Of a DNA stretch of 64,000 bases, positions 17,324 through 26,780 are shown piece by piece. This DNA is from an uncultured Verrucomicrobiae bacterium. GTDB taxonomy: Bacteria; Verrucomicrobiota; Verrucomicrobiia; Limisphaerales; UBA11358. Location: assembly GCA_963719075.1 (NCBI GenBank), contig CAVRAN010000001.1, positions 320,324 through 384,323 of the forward strand, written 5' to 3'. A model generated the notes under the pieces. The model made no database searches. It was not told where the DNA came from and worked only from the letters and a program-made list of their open reading frames with translations. The translations under genes and the position numbers were made by a program. Each line of letters begins with the position of its first letter. Position 1 is the stretch's first letter.

Positions 17324-17509
17324 ATGAGCGCGCAGGAAATTTTGATTGAAGAAATCAGGCAGCAGCCCGAAACGGTGGCGCGCGAAGTTTTGCAATACTT
17401 GAAATTCCTCGAACGCCGGCGCGAGTCGGAAGCGCCGATGGACAGCGTCGTAGCGGACACTTGGGAAAAACTTGGGCCAGCGCCGGAAGTAGACTATGAC
17501 AAGCTTTAG
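17324..17509 (+). CDS. type II antitoxin (DUF2281-like)
   Basis: 61 aa, MSAQEILIEEIRQQPETVAREVLQYLKFLERRRE. It overlaps the downstream MazF-like gene by 14 nt. Confidence 0.6.
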   Translation: MSAQEILIEEIRQQPETVAREVLQYLKFLERRRESEAPMDSVVADTWEKLGPAPEVDYDKL

Positions 17510-17816
17510 TCGCGGCGACGTGGTGATTGTGGATTTGGGCATGACGGCCAAAGTGCGTCCCTGCGTGGTGGTTTCCATCAACAAACCCGACAGCCGGCGC
17601 AATATGTCCGTGGTCGTGCCGATGACGACGGAAATTCGCGGCGGCGAATGTGAAATCCGTTTTCCAAAACCCGCGTGGCTTCGGCAGGAATCCGTCGTGA
17701 ACGTGCTGGGCATTGCCGGAGTGGATAATTCAAAAATTAAACGGCGCATTTCTGCATTTCCCGCTGACAAAATGGCGGAGATTGAAGTTGTTTTGAAAAG
17801 ACTGCTCGGTTTGTAA
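17496..17816 (+). CDS. MazF/PemK family endoribonuclease toxin
   Basis: FSRGDVVIVDLG...KVRPCVVVS...VVVPMTTEIRGGE...VVNVLGIAGVD, typical PemK-fold motifs. 106 aa. Confidence 0.8.
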   Translation: MTSFSRGDVVIVDLGMTAKVRPCVVVSINKPDSRRNMSVVVPMTTEIRGGECEIRFPKPAWLRQESVVNVLGIAGVDNSKIKRRISAFPADKMAEIEVVLKRLLGL

Positions 17817-17846
17817 ATTTCATCGCGGACATTTCTTAAAATTTTC

Positions 17847-18707
17847 TTGGCCAAACCCAATTTCATCGAACTGCCGGGCTGCGAGCCGATCCCCATCATC
17901 TTTGAGGACCGCTCGGTGCTAGCGATTGACAAGCCGCGCGGCTGGATGCTCGTGCCGGATTCGTGGCGCAAGACGAACTGGAACTTGCAGACGGCGATTG
18001 ATTCGTCCATCCGCGCGGATGATTTTTGGGCGCGCTCGCGCAACCTGCGCTATCTCCGGCACGTTCACCGGCTGGACGCGGACACGAGCGGTGTGATGCT
18101 CTTCGCCAAAAGCGAGGGCGCGATGCGCGCGATGGGCGAGATGTTCGAGTCGCGGCGGATGGAGAAAACGTATCTCGCGGTCGTCGAAGGCGTGCCGCGC
18201 GAGAAGGAATGGACTTGCGAACTGCCGCTCGGCCCGGATCCGAAAAATTTCGGCAAGATGCGTGTGGACAATTCGGAAGAAGGCAAGGAAGCGGAGACGC
18301 ATTTTCGCGCGCTGCAAAGCAACGAGCGTTTCACGTTGATCGAGGCGAGTCCGTTGACGGGGCGCACGCATCAGATTCGCGTGCATCTGGCGGAATCGGG
18401 CAGTCCGATCGTGTGCGATGAAATTTATGGGCGCGTGCAAAAAGGTTATCGCCTTGGCTTGCGCGCGGTGCAGCTGGCTTACAAGGATACGTTCACGCGA
18501 AGGCCAATAACTATTCTCGCGCCGGTGGAATTATTTCTGAAGGAATTTGGTTTCACGCTTTCAAAAGAATTGCAGCAGGAAAAATGGGTGCGGCGTCCGT
18601 TCGTGCCGAAAGAAAAAAAGAGGCGGTGCCGCAGCACCGCCCTGCCAAGGCAATGTAGCATCGAGCCTGTGGCTCGATTCGGTCACAGGCCGAACGCTAC
18701 AACTTAA
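17847..18707 (+). CDS. RluA family pseudouridine synthase
   Basis: LAIDKPRGWMLVP...HRLDADTSGVMLFAK...GRTHQIRVHLAESGSPIVCDEIYG. Confidence 0.9.
   Translation: MAKPNFIELPGCEPIPIIFEDRSVLAIDKPRGWMLVPDSWRKTNWNLQTAIDSSIRADDFWARSRNLRYLRHVHRLDADTSGVMLFAKSEGAMRAMGEMFESRRMEKTYLAVVEGVPREKEWTCELPLGPDPKNFGKMRVDNSEEGKEAETHFRALQSNERFTLIEASPLTGRTHQIRVHLAESGSPIVCDEIYGRVQKGYRLGLRAVQLAYKDTFTRRPITILAPVELFLKEFGFTLSKELQQEKWVRRPFVPKEKKRRCRSTALPRQCSIEPVARFGHRPNATT
18611..18641 (-). terminator. Rho-independent terminator of the redoxin gene (lies inside the rluA-family 3' coding end)
   Basis: Minus strand reads GGCGGTGC-TGCG-GCACCGCC followed by TCTTTTTTTC, about 65 nt downstream of the stop at 18704. Confidence 0.65.
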
Positions 18708-19300
18708 TCTGCGTAATGCACCGCGCACCCGTAAGGCTTCGTCTGCGAAACTTCAATGGGTTTTCCGGCAAGCAAATCGTCCACGGCTTCGCGGACGTAA
18801 TTTCTTGCGGTGCGCGGATCATGAAACGGATCGGGCTTGTCGTCCATCGCGCCGTCATAAACAAGCGTGCCGTTCTTATCAATGACAAACGTGTGCGGCG
18901 TGGTTTTCATGTCGTAGAGGTGGCCGATCTCACCGGAGCTGTCGTCAATCCACGCGGTCGCGGCGATTTTTTCAGCGGCCCATTCCGCGCGCGCCTGTTC
19001 GGGCGTGCGATGGCTGAAATTTTTCAGGTTGACGGAATTGACCATGAGCCAGACGACGCCCTTGGCGGCAAGTTCCCTCTGCAAATCCTGCGTCGCGCCG
19101 GTGGCGTATTGATTGTGGCAATACGGGCAGTCGGAGTTGTAGGATTCGATGACGACAATCTTGCCCTTGTAATCACTCAGGTGGACTGGGTTGCCGTTGA
19201 TGTCGGTGCCGGTGAAATCCGGCGCGGGCTGGCCGACTTCGACGGCAAATGTGGCGGTGGCCAGCGCCAAAGCGGCGATTAGTACAAATGTGGTTTTCAT
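18704..19300 (-). CDS. periplasmic thioredoxin-fold redoxin (TlpA/AhpC-TSA-like)
   Basis: Signal peptide MKTTFVLIAALALATATFA, then VGQPAPDFTGTDINGNPVHLSDYKGKIVVIESYNSDCPYC, a CxxC redoxin motif. Confidence 0.85.
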   Translation of the reverse strand: MKTTFVLIAALALATATFAVEVGQPAPDFTGTDINGNPVHLSDYKGKIVVIESYNSDCPYCHNQYATGATQDLQRELAAKGVVWLMVNSVNLKNFSHRTPEQARAEWAAEKIAATAWIDDSSGEIGHLYDMKTTPHTFVIDKNGTLVYDGAMDDKPDPFHDPRTARNYVREAVDDLLAGKPIEVSQTKPYGCAVHYAD

Positions 19301-19346
19301 ATTCTTAATAAGATGCAGGTTTTGACATTAGGTTTCAATAAAACGT

Positions 19347-21485
19347 TCAATGTGCCGCGCGGTCAAGCGCATCAAGGACGATGCCCGGCGTCAAAACTTC
19401 CGGCAGCACCATCGGTTGTGCGTCGGGATTTTTCGGATAAACCAAAACGAGCGGCACGCCGGCGCGATGGTAGCGGTTCAGCTCCGTCGTGATGTTGTCG
19501 GGTGTGCGCGTGTAATCACCGACGAAGGCGACGGCGTTGATGTCTTTCAGTTTTTGACGGACGGATGGAATTTCGATACTCGTCTTTTTGTTCACCTGGC
19601 AGGTCAAACACCAGTCGGCGGTAAAATCCACCAGCACGGGTTTTCCGGCGGCGTGCACCTGCGCGACAGCTTCTGGACTCCAGCGCTGCCAGTCAATTCC
19701 GTACGCCGATTCTTTCAGCGAACCAGCCGTGTCTGTTTCCGGCATCGCCGTGCGCCAGTCCAATTCTTTTTCCAGAGCAAAAACGTAACCGCCGCCGAGC
19801 AAAATCAAAGAGATGATTGCCGCCGCAGTTTTGTGGGTGCGACCGCGCTGGACAAATTCGCCAAAAATCCACGCCGCGAATGCGACGATGACGAGAAAAA
19901 CGCCGAGCCACAAAACATTTTTGCCGTAACTGTCGGCGGCGATGTTGAAGAGCCATACGACGGTCGCAAGCATCGGGAAGCCCATGGCGATCTTGAATTT
20001 TTCCATCCACGCGCCCGGCTTCGGCAAAAATTTTAGCCACGCCGGATTCCAGCTCAACAAAACATACGGCGACGCGAGGCCAAGGCCGACGGTGAGAAAA
20101 ATTAAAATGATGGTTGCTGCGCTTTGCGAAAAAGCGAAGCCCAGCGCGGGCGCGAGAAACGGCGCGGTGCAAGGCGTCGCCAAAGTCGTGGCGAGCACGC
20201 CGTTGAAAAATGCGCCGCTCACGCCGTGTCGCGACGCGAGATTTCCGGCGGCGTCCAAAGCGCTGCCGCCGAGCGTGACTTCAAAGACGCCGAACAAATT
20301 CAGAGCGACGAGCGTGACGAGCGTGGTGAGGCAGACGATGAAAATGGGGCTGCCGAATTGCATTCCCCAACCGGCCTGATGTCCGGCGGCTTCAACGCCA
20401 ATGACGATGGCCGCGAGAACAAGAAATGAAAACAAGACGCCTACGGCGTAAATCCCGCCGAGCGCGCGGACGCGGCGCGGCGAACTTTTGGCCTCGTTGA
20501 CGAAACCGAGGATTTTCAGCGCGATGACCGGCAGCACGCACGGCATGATGTTCAAAATCAATCCGCCGATGAAGGCGTAGAGCAGCATTTGCCAGAGCGG
20601 TTGCGAAGGCAGGGCGGACGAATTTTCGCTTGAAGAAATTGTTTCGCCGGCTGGAGTTTGGTCGGCAATTGAAAATTTCGTTTCCACTCCTTGCTGCTGG
20701 CCATGAGCTACTGTCACCAGCACGCCAGAGATTTCTGTCGGCCAATCGCCTGAATATTTTTTTACAATTTTGCGAAGACTAAATCCGCTTGATTTTGAGA
20801 TTTCTTCGGTTGCCGCTTGAACTTCAAAATTATCAACGGCATTAGGGAAAAAATCAAAATGATCAATTGGTATAAATTGTTCCGATATTTGAAAACCTTG
20901 AAGAATCAATGGCCGTGTGTCATCGCTTGCCGGTTTTTCCCACCATGCTCTTAAACAATAAACAGTGTTCGTCTGTGGCACTTGTTTTTTCCACGATTCA
21001 ATCACCGCCGCATCGGTAGAAGTTTTTGTTTCGCTGCTAATATTCAATTTCGCTTCGGCATCTTGATTTGCCGGAATGCAGACGTCCTTGCATTCGAGCC
21101 ACGAGACGTTCGCTTTCAAATCAACCGGGGCGGCGGCTAAATTTGTCGCGAGAGTCAGCGGCACGATGAGCATCACTTCATCTTCGTAGCCGTAAGTTGT
21201 GACTTCAATGGGCGGAAGTTTTTTGGGCAGCGGCCATTGGATTTCTCCCGCCGTGACGCCGGGCGGCAATTGCCATTTGATTTCGGTGGCCATTCCAGCA
21301 TCGCCGGGGTTTTTCCAATAAGTGTGCCAGCCGAGTTCCATTTTCAAATCCACGCCGGCCCAAATCGTATCGCCGGGTTTTGCGGTGTCGGCGGACAAAA
21401 GCAGTTGCACCTGTGTGTGCGCGGCGCGCGCGGTCAAAGCCGCGAGACAAAAGCCGATGGCAAAAAGTATTGCGATGCGTCGCAC
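19347..21485 (-). CDS. dsbD: DsbD-like thiol:disulfide interchange protein (N-terminal DsbD-alpha, CcdA-type membrane core, C-terminal thioredoxin)
   Basis: LNIMPCVLPVIALK and TPCTAPFL membrane cysteine motifs, plus a C-terminal VLVDFTADWCLTCQ. GTG at 21485 gives the signal peptide RRIAILFAIGFCLAALTARA. Confidence 0.85.
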   Translation of the reverse strand: MRRIAILFAIGFCLAALTARAAHTQVQLLLSADTAKPGDTIWAGVDLKMELGWHTYWKNPGDAGMATEIKWQLPPGVTAGEIQWPLPKKLPPIEVTTYGYEDEVMLIVPLTLATNLAAAPVDLKANVSWLECKDVCIPANQDAEAKLNISSETKTSTDAAVIESWKKQVPQTNTVYCLRAWWEKPASDDTRPLILQGFQISEQFIPIDHFDFFPNAVDNFEVQAATEEISKSSGFSLRKIVKKYSGDWPTEISGVLVTVAHGQQQGVETKFSIADQTPAGETISSSENSSALPSQPLWQMLLYAFIGGLILNIMPCVLPVIALKILGFVNEAKSSPRRVRALGGIYAVGVLFSFLVLAAIVIGVEAAGHQAGWGMQFGSPIFIVCLTTLVTLVALNLFGVFEVTLGGSALDAAGNLASRHGVSGAFFNGVLATTLATPCTAPFLAPALGFAFSQSAATIILIFLTVGLGLASPYVLLSWNPAWLKFLPKPGAWMEKFKIAMGFPMLATVVWLFNIAADSYGKNVLWLGVFLVIVAFAAWIFGEFVQRGRTHKTAAAIISLILLGGGYVFALEKELDWRTAMPETDTAGSLKESAYGIDWQRWSPEAVAQVHAAGKPVLVDFTADWCLTCQVNKKTSIEIPSVRQKLKDINAVAFVGDYTRTPDNITTELNRYHRAGVPLVLVYPKNPDAQPMVLPEVLTPGIVLDALDRAAH

Positions 21486-21633
21486 ATAAATAAGATGCCA
21501 GAACGCGGTGAAAATTCGAAATGATTTTAAGGTATTCGCCACGCCAAAGGTCTCATTACGCTCTGGCACGAGGCAATAATATCGCACACCTTTCGCGTTG
21601 CGGAGCAAACCTTCCACCCGTTACGCTAAAACC

Positions 21634-22047
21634 ATGAGCGCGTTCCCTGTCAGTTTGGAAAAGGAAAACCAACTCACTCAACGCATGACCGCGCTGGGCG
21701 TGCGCGAAGCCGACATTGAGGAAACCTTTGTCCGTTCCGGCGGCCACGGCGGACAGAACGTCAACAAGACCTCCACCTGCGTGATGTTGCGCCACCGTCC
21801 GACCGGCCTGCAGGTCAAATGTCAGGCCACGCGCCAGCAGGGGCTCAACCGCTTCATTGCCCGCCGCCTGCTGCTCGACAAAATTGAAGCGCAGCAGAAT
21901 GGTTACGTGGCCGCGCAACGCGCCGAGATTGAAAAAATTAGACGTCAGAAACGAAAACGTTCCCGCCGCGCCAAAGCACGAATGCTTGCCGACAAATCCC
22001 ACCATGCCGACAAGAAAGCGTCGCGACGACCGGTTGCGATGGAGTAA
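21634..22047 (+). CDS. GGQ-domain peptide chain release factor-like protein (ArfB/RF-1 domain family)
   Basis: [19 protein letters not shown] (GGQ motif) plus a basic C-terminal tail [14 protein letters not shown]. Confidence 0.75.
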   Translation: MSAFPVSLEKENQLTQRMTALGVREADIEETFVRSGGHGGQNVNKTSTCVMLRHRPTGLQVKCQATRQQGLNRFIARRLLLDKIEAQQNGYVAAQRAEIEKIRRQKRKRSRRAKARMLADKSHHADKKASRRPVAME

Positions 22048-22141
22048 ACCAAACTTGCCGTTATCAGGTTACAATCCCGAGGTGAAAATATAATCCAATT
22101 GTATGCTTGGAGTTCAGAAGCATGTGGTAGCTTATTCGTCT

Positions 22142-22372
22142 ATGAATATATTGATTGAGAACGCCGAGAATCTGGAATATCTCACCAGCGACAACTTGTG
22201 GACCAAAAATGCCGCCGACGGCAAACACTTCGAGAAAACCGGAGCCGCCTTTGACGTTGCAAAAAAAGAACCCATCGGCAGGTTCAATATCGTCGCCTAT
22301 ATCCCCGGAACTAAACAATTCATCAATCTGGATCACGGACGGGGCAAGGGTCTCGAAACCAGTCCGGTTTAG
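22142..22372 (+). CDS. small hypothetical protein
   Basis: 76-codon ORF (MNILIENAENLEYLTSDNLW...) that fills an otherwise empty intergenic gap. No recognised motif. Confidence 0.4.
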   Translation: MNILIENAENLEYLTSDNLWTKNAADGKHFEKTGAAFDVAKKEPIGRFNIVAYIPGTKQFINLDHGRGKGLETSPV

Positions 22373-22385
22373 CGAATTCTCGCGA

Positions 22386-22949
22386 TCATCCCGGCGAGTA
22401 TTTCGGTTTCTCAACCTCAAATTCGGCGACGCGTTGGTTGCCGGTGGCAACATCCTGATGGGTCATGCTGAGAGTCAGGGTTCCATAAGCCGCTTCCGAA
22501 CCCCGGTAGCCTTGAGTCGCTGCAAGATGAAACCATTTGTAAGCTTCGATCCTTGATTCAACCGCATCCTCCGGCACGCCCCGTAACAAGCTGGCACGAT
22601 GACAATTTCTCCCCAAATTAAATTGGGCTCCGGCGTCTCCCTGATGCGCCGCCCGGCCAAACCACATCGCTGACTGTGCGTCATCCCGGGTGACACCCTG
22701 CCCATTGGCATACATCATCCCGAGATTGAATTGCGCCAGAGAATGGCTTTGATCCGCCGCCTTGTGATACCATTCCGCCGCCTGCGCGTAATCCTGCGCC
22801 ACTCCTTCGCCATTGGCGAACTTCAACCCCATGTTGAATTGCACATCTGCATCCCCGTAATCGGTGTTGACGGGAGTTACTTCCAGATCGGGCTTTTGCG
22901 GGCGCGAGAACAACTTGCGATACCAAGATTTATCCATGCTCACAACCAT
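22386..22949 (-). CDS. Sel1-repeat (TPR-like) protein
   Basis: Four Sel1 units: AQFNLGMMYANGQGVTRDDAQSAMWFGRAAHQGDAGAQFNLG and similar. Start uncertain (22937, 22949 or 22991). Confidence 0.8.
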   Translation of the reverse strand: MVVSMDKSWYRKLFSRPQKPDLEVTPVNTDYGDADVQFNMGLKFANGEGVAQDYAQAAEWYHKAADQSHSLAQFNLGMMYANGQGVTRDDAQSAMWFGRAAHQGDAGAQFNLGRNCHRASLLRGVPEDAVESRIEAYKWFHLAATQGYRGSEAAYGTLTLSMTHQDVATGNQRVAEFEVEKPKYSPG

Positions 22950-23008
22950 AGCCCGTTTTACGTGGAATACAAGAAACGTTTCCGGCAACATCCGCGAGCG
23001 GGAAAAAT

Positions 23009-25018
23009 TCAATAAGACGTTTTTAAATTCCATTTGTTCAATAGGTCACCGGGAATTTCCGAAAGGAACCGCGACGGCTGCTGCATTCCGTCATCGCCGG
23101 AATTGCTGAAGCTGGCGCGGAAGAGCGGATAGCTCAAATACAATTCGTTCTTCGCGCGCGTGATGGAAACGTAAAACAGCCGCCGTTCCTCCTCTTCGCC
23201 GTCGGTGCTTTCCATCGAGCGCGCGGACGGGAACATTCCATCGCAGAGCATGATGACGAACACGACTTCGAACTCCAATCCCTTCGCCTGATGGATGGTC
23301 GAGAGCCGGATTTTTTCGTCGTCATTCTGGGATTTGTCGCCCTCGGCCTCGACGTTCGTGAGCAGCGCGAGTTGCGTGAGAAACTCCTCGACCGTGCCGA
23401 ATTGAAACGCGAACGCGGCGAGCTGTTCGAGGTCGTCGAGGCGCGAGCGGTAGTTCGCGAAAGTTTCCTTGAGATAATCGTCGTAGCCCGCGTCAATCAC
23501 GAGCCGCAGCATCTTCGACGCGCTCTTGCGGACGGTTTCGTCTTCAAGCTGCGCAAGCGTCGCGGTGAATTGCGCCCACGCCAGCGTGGCTTTTTTTGGG
23601 ACGCGCGCGATGGAATCCTGCAACGCGACGGCCAGCGGCGTCTTGGATTTCGGCGTTTGAATCTCAATCTGGAACGACTGCCACAATTTTTCCGCCGCTT
23701 TCGCGCCGACGCCCGGCAGCAATTGCACGAGACGTTTGAACGCGATTTCGTCGCGCGGATTGGCGACGAATTTCAGAAACGCCGTCGCATCCTTGATGTG
23801 CGCCTGCTCGAAAAAGCGGATGCCGCTCGTGATGGAAAACGGAATCTGCCGCTTCGTGAGTTCAAGCTGCAATTCCAGCGCGTGAAAATGCGAGCGATAT
23901 AAAACTGCGATCTGGTTCATGGCCACGCCTTCGTCGCGCAATTCCAAAACGCGCTGCGCGATGAACGCCGATTGTTGCGCCGCGTCCGCGCACGCGACGA
24001 GCGCGGGTTTCATGCCGGACTTGCGCGACGGCGCGAGTTCTTTCGCGAATTGATTCACGTTCGCGGCGATCGCGGCGTTGGCGACTTTCAGAATTTCCGG
24101 CGTGCTGCGGTAATTCGTTTCGATCTTGAAAACTTTCGCGTTCGGATAGCGCTTGGGAAATTCGAGGATGTTCAGAAAATTCGCGCCGCGCCACGCATAG
24201 ATGCTTTGCGCGTCGTCGCCGACGACCGTGACATTTTGCGTCCGCGCGGCGAGCAGGTCAATCAGGTCGCCCTGCAATTTGTTCGTGTCCTGATATTCGT
24301 CCACGAGGATGAATTGAAAGCGGCGCTGATAATGTTCGCGCACGTCGGCGTTTTCCTGGAGCAGCTTCAGCCAGAGCGCGAGCAGGTCGTCGAAGTCCAT
24401 GCCGTTCGTCGCGCGCTTGCGTTTGACGTAGCGTTCGCCGAGGTCGGCGATCTGTGCGGCGAATTGCGAAAAATAACTGTATTGCGAATCAAGAATTTCA
24501 TCCGCAGTCTTGTGCGTGTTGACGGCGAGCGAAAAAATTTCGTTGAGCACCTCGGGTTTCGGAAAATGCGTGCCTTTCGTCTCGATGCCCGCGTCGGCGA
24601 CGCACGCCTTGATCAAATCCTTCGCGTCGTCGCGGTCGAGGATCGTGAAATCGCGCTGGTAGCCGAGCGCGTCCGCGTGCGAGCGCAACACACGCGCGCC
24701 GATGGAATGAAACGTGCCGCCCCAAAGCGTGCGCAGTTCCTGTCCGATCAAATCGGAGACGCGCCGCATCATTTCGCCGGCGGCCTTGTTCGTGAACGTG
24801 AGCAGCAAAATCCGGTCGGGCGGAATTCCCTGTTCCAACAGATACGCGACGCGATAAGTGAGCGTGCGCGTCTTGCCCGAACCCGCGCCGGCGATGACGA
24901 GCGCCGGGCCGGGCGGCGCGGTGACGGCGGCGAGCTGCTGCGGATTGAGTTCGCGCGCGTAATCAATCTGCAGATGGACTGCGGAGTGATACGGCTCAAG
25001 AACGTAATCGTGCGACAT
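23009..25018 (-). CDS. UvrD/PcrA/Rep family ATP-dependent DNA helicase
   Basis: LNPQQLAAVTAPPGPALVIAGAGSGKTRTLTYRV (Walker A), ILVDEYQDTN, VGDDAQSIYAWRGA, TIHQAKGLEF. Confidence 0.92.
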   Translation of the reverse strand: MSHDYVLEPYHSAVHLQIDYARELNPQQLAAVTAPPGPALVIAGAGSGKTRTLTYRVAYLLEQGIPPDRILLLTFTNKAAGEMMRRVSDLIGQELRTLWGGTFHSIGARVLRSHADALGYQRDFTILDRDDAKDLIKACVADAGIETKGTHFPKPEVLNEIFSLAVNTHKTADEILDSQYSYFSQFAAQIADLGERYVKRKRATNGMDFDDLLALWLKLLQENADVREHYQRRFQFILVDEYQDTNKLQGDLIDLLAARTQNVTVVGDDAQSIYAWRGANFLNILEFPKRYPNAKVFKIETNYRSTPEILKVANAAIAANVNQFAKELAPSRKSGMKPALVACADAAQQSAFIAQRVLELRDEGVAMNQIAVLYRSHFHALELQLELTKRQIPFSITSGIRFFEQAHIKDATAFLKFVANPRDEIAFKRLVQLLPGVGAKAAEKLWQSFQIEIQTPKSKTPLAVALQDSIARVPKKATLAWAQFTATLAQLEDETVRKSASKMLRLVIDAGYDDYLKETFANYRSRLDDLEQLAAFAFQFGTVEEFLTQLALLTNVEAEGDKSQNDDEKIRLSTIHQAKGLEFEVVFVIMLCDGMFPSARSMESTDGEEEERRLFYVSITRAKNELYLSYPLFRASFSNSGDDGMQQPSRFLSEIPGDLLNKWNLKTSY

Positions 25019-25080
25019 GAAACACAATTCAAAGCGGAAACGCGCGAAGGAAAAAGGAAAAACTGCGGAAGCAAACTACT

Positions 25081-25977
25081 TCACCTGACAGCGGCGTGAT
25101 ATTTTTTTAGAAAAGTGAGGGTGTTTTCTTCAGTGTTAATCACTTCGCGCAGCCGTTGAATATTCGCTTCAATTTTGTCCATGTAAAAATTCGGGCCGTC
25201 GGGATAGGGATCGTTCATGTAGCGATGTTGGCCGCAGAAATCGCCGTTGAGCTTGGCCTTGACGTATTTTTCCCAGAAGTCCGGGGTTTTGCGCAGCAAA
25301 TCCTTGGCGCTGGAAAATATATTGACGAATTTGGTTTTTGATTGGGCGTTGCGTCCGGCTTCGGCAAATTCCTCGTAAAGAACCGGCAGTTTTTCCACGT
25401 AATCGTCCGCCGCCATTTGCCCGAGCAAATCCGCCGTGCCCAACACGAAACCGACGATTTTTTCCAATTCATTCTGGAATGGGATGTCACTCAAGACGGC
25501 GTCCACGCCCGTGCAGCGGATCATGTTTTGCACAGCTTGGATTTCTTTGCGGGCATAACCTTTTTCACCCAGCAGTTGGGCGGCAAATTGGGTGCTGCGT
25601 GTGACATGGGTGGCAGTGTATTTGGCCCCGGTGCCTTCGGTGTCATCGCGTTTTTTCAAGTAGCCGGTATCGTGCAGAAGAATCGCGGTCAACCCCAGTT
25701 CAAACATTCGCTGGGTGAGGGGCGGTTGGGCGGCCGCGAGTTGACGTCCGTGCAGCAAACGCACCAGGCACATCGTGCCTTGCAGGGTGTGCTCAAAATC
25801 GTGGTAATTGGCGTCCACCGCCTGATAATCGGCGTAATGGCCGGTGAAGCATTCCATGGCCCAGCCAAACACGCGCGGCACAAGCATCAAATCACCCTGC
25901 GGAAACATTTCCAGATATGCGGTCTGGACTTCCGCAGCGGCTGCAGTCGGATTTTTGGTGGAATCCTTCTGATACAT
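25081..25977 (-). CDS. HD-domain metal-dependent phosphohydrolase
   Basis: YHDFEHTLQG...ILLHDTGY (H...HD...D pattern). ATG at 25977; TTG at 26031 is an alternative start. Confidence 0.7.
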   Translation of the reverse strand: MYQKDSTKNPTAAAAEVQTAYLEMFPQGDLMLVPRVFGWAMECFTGHYADYQAVDANYHDFEHTLQGTMCLVRLLHGRQLAAAQPPLTQRMFELGLTAILLHDTGYLKKRDDTEGTGAKYTATHVTRSTQFAAQLLGEKGYARKEIQAVQNMIRCTGVDAVLSDIPFQNELEKIVGFVLGTADLLGQMAADDYVEKLPVLYEEFAEAGRNAQSKTKFVNIFSSAKDLLRKTPDFWEKYVKAKLNGDFCGQHRYMNDPYPDGPNFYMDKIEANIQRLREVINTEENTLTFLKKYHAAVR

Positions 25978-26100
25978 AACTGGAATGACTTTGGGACAGA
26001 CAAAGGCAAATTGCACGGTTTTTTTTGGCAAATTAATCCTGAACTTGCTGAAGCTTGCAAGTCAATTTATTATGATTCCGTGAACGAATTTGGGAAATTT

Positions 26101-26292
26101 ATGGTAATCGCCGGATTGCTCCTTGCAGCAGTCGGCGTGCTATTTTGGTCCGGTTTCGGCAAAGGCTGGCTTGGGCATTTGCCCGGCGACATCAATTATT
26201 CAAAGGCAAATTACAGTTTTCATTTTCCCATCGTGACCTGCCTGTTTTTAAGTGCGATTCTGACACTGCTGATGTGGCTGTTTAGAAAATGA
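26101..26292 (+). CDS. DUF2905 family small membrane protein
   Basis: MVIAGLLLAAVGVLFW...GHLPGDINY...FHFPIVTCLFLSAILTLLMWLF. This is only the last 63 codons of the long ORF 25342-26292; the rest is antisense to the HD gene. Confidence 0.7.
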   Translation: MVIAGLLLAAVGVLFWSGFGKGWLGHLPGDINYSKANYSFHFPIVTCLFLSAILTLLMWLFRK

Positions 26293-26350
26293 CGCGGCAC
26301 AAACGATGATTACTGTTGCAAATTCAGCTCGTCGTTTCTAAATTCCGCTC

Positions 26351-26743
26351 ATGGAACAGTCGCAATTGGAGCAATACATTCCGGTTCTCATACTGCTCGT
26401 CGCCGCCATTGGTTTTGCGGTGGGGGTTTTAACACTGTCCGTTCTGCTCGGACAACGCGGCAAGCGCACGCGCGCCAAGGACACGGCTTACGAGTGCGGC
26501 AAAGAACCAATTGGCGAAGGCGGCGCTCGCTTCTCCGTGAAATTCCACCTCGTCGCAATGCTGTTCATCCTGTTCGATATCGAAGTCGTTTTCCTTTATC
26601 CATGGGCGGTCGTTTATCGCGACATGCTTGCCGACCATGCAACGCGCAATCTTATCTTCGGCTCGATGATTTCGTTCATTGCCGTCTTGTTTGCCGGTTA
26701 CCTTTACGCGCTCAAGACAAAAGCGTTCGACTGGAAAAATTAA
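26351..26743 (+). CDS. nuoA: NADH-quinone oxidoreductase subunit A
   Basis: YECGKEPIGEGGARFSVKFHLVAMLFILFDIEVVFLYPWAVVY. Confidence 0.9.
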   Translation: MEQSQLEQYIPVLILLVAAIGFAVGVLTLSVLLGQRGKRTRAKDTAYECGKEPIGEGGARFSVKFHLVAMLFILFDIEVVFLYPWAVVYRDMLADHATRNLIFGSMISFIAVLFAGYLYALKTKAFDWKN

Positions 26744-26780
26744 AAAATTTGTGCCTTCCAGACTTGGTGTTTAAATTTCT

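Noticed and set aside
16241-18043. 600-aa minus-strand ORF.
   Set aside because: It is antisense to rnhC, the toxin-antitoxin pair and the rluA-family gene. The translation is Arg-rich with no motifs, so this is a shadow ORF.
23972-25099. 375-aa plus ORF. Similar long ORFs lie at 54072-55073, 31882-32943, 10526-11269, 42705-43616 and 46327-47133.
   Set aside because: Each lies opposite a gene with strong family motifs (helicase, Ppx, kdpA, the 315-aa membrane protein, pal/tatA/tatC, cls). Each has an Arg-rich, biased composition.
25342-26100. First 253 codons of the 316-aa plus-strand ORF 25342-26292.
   Set aside because: This part is antisense to the HD-domain gene. Only the last 63 codons (26101-26292) look like a real DUF2905-type membrane protein.
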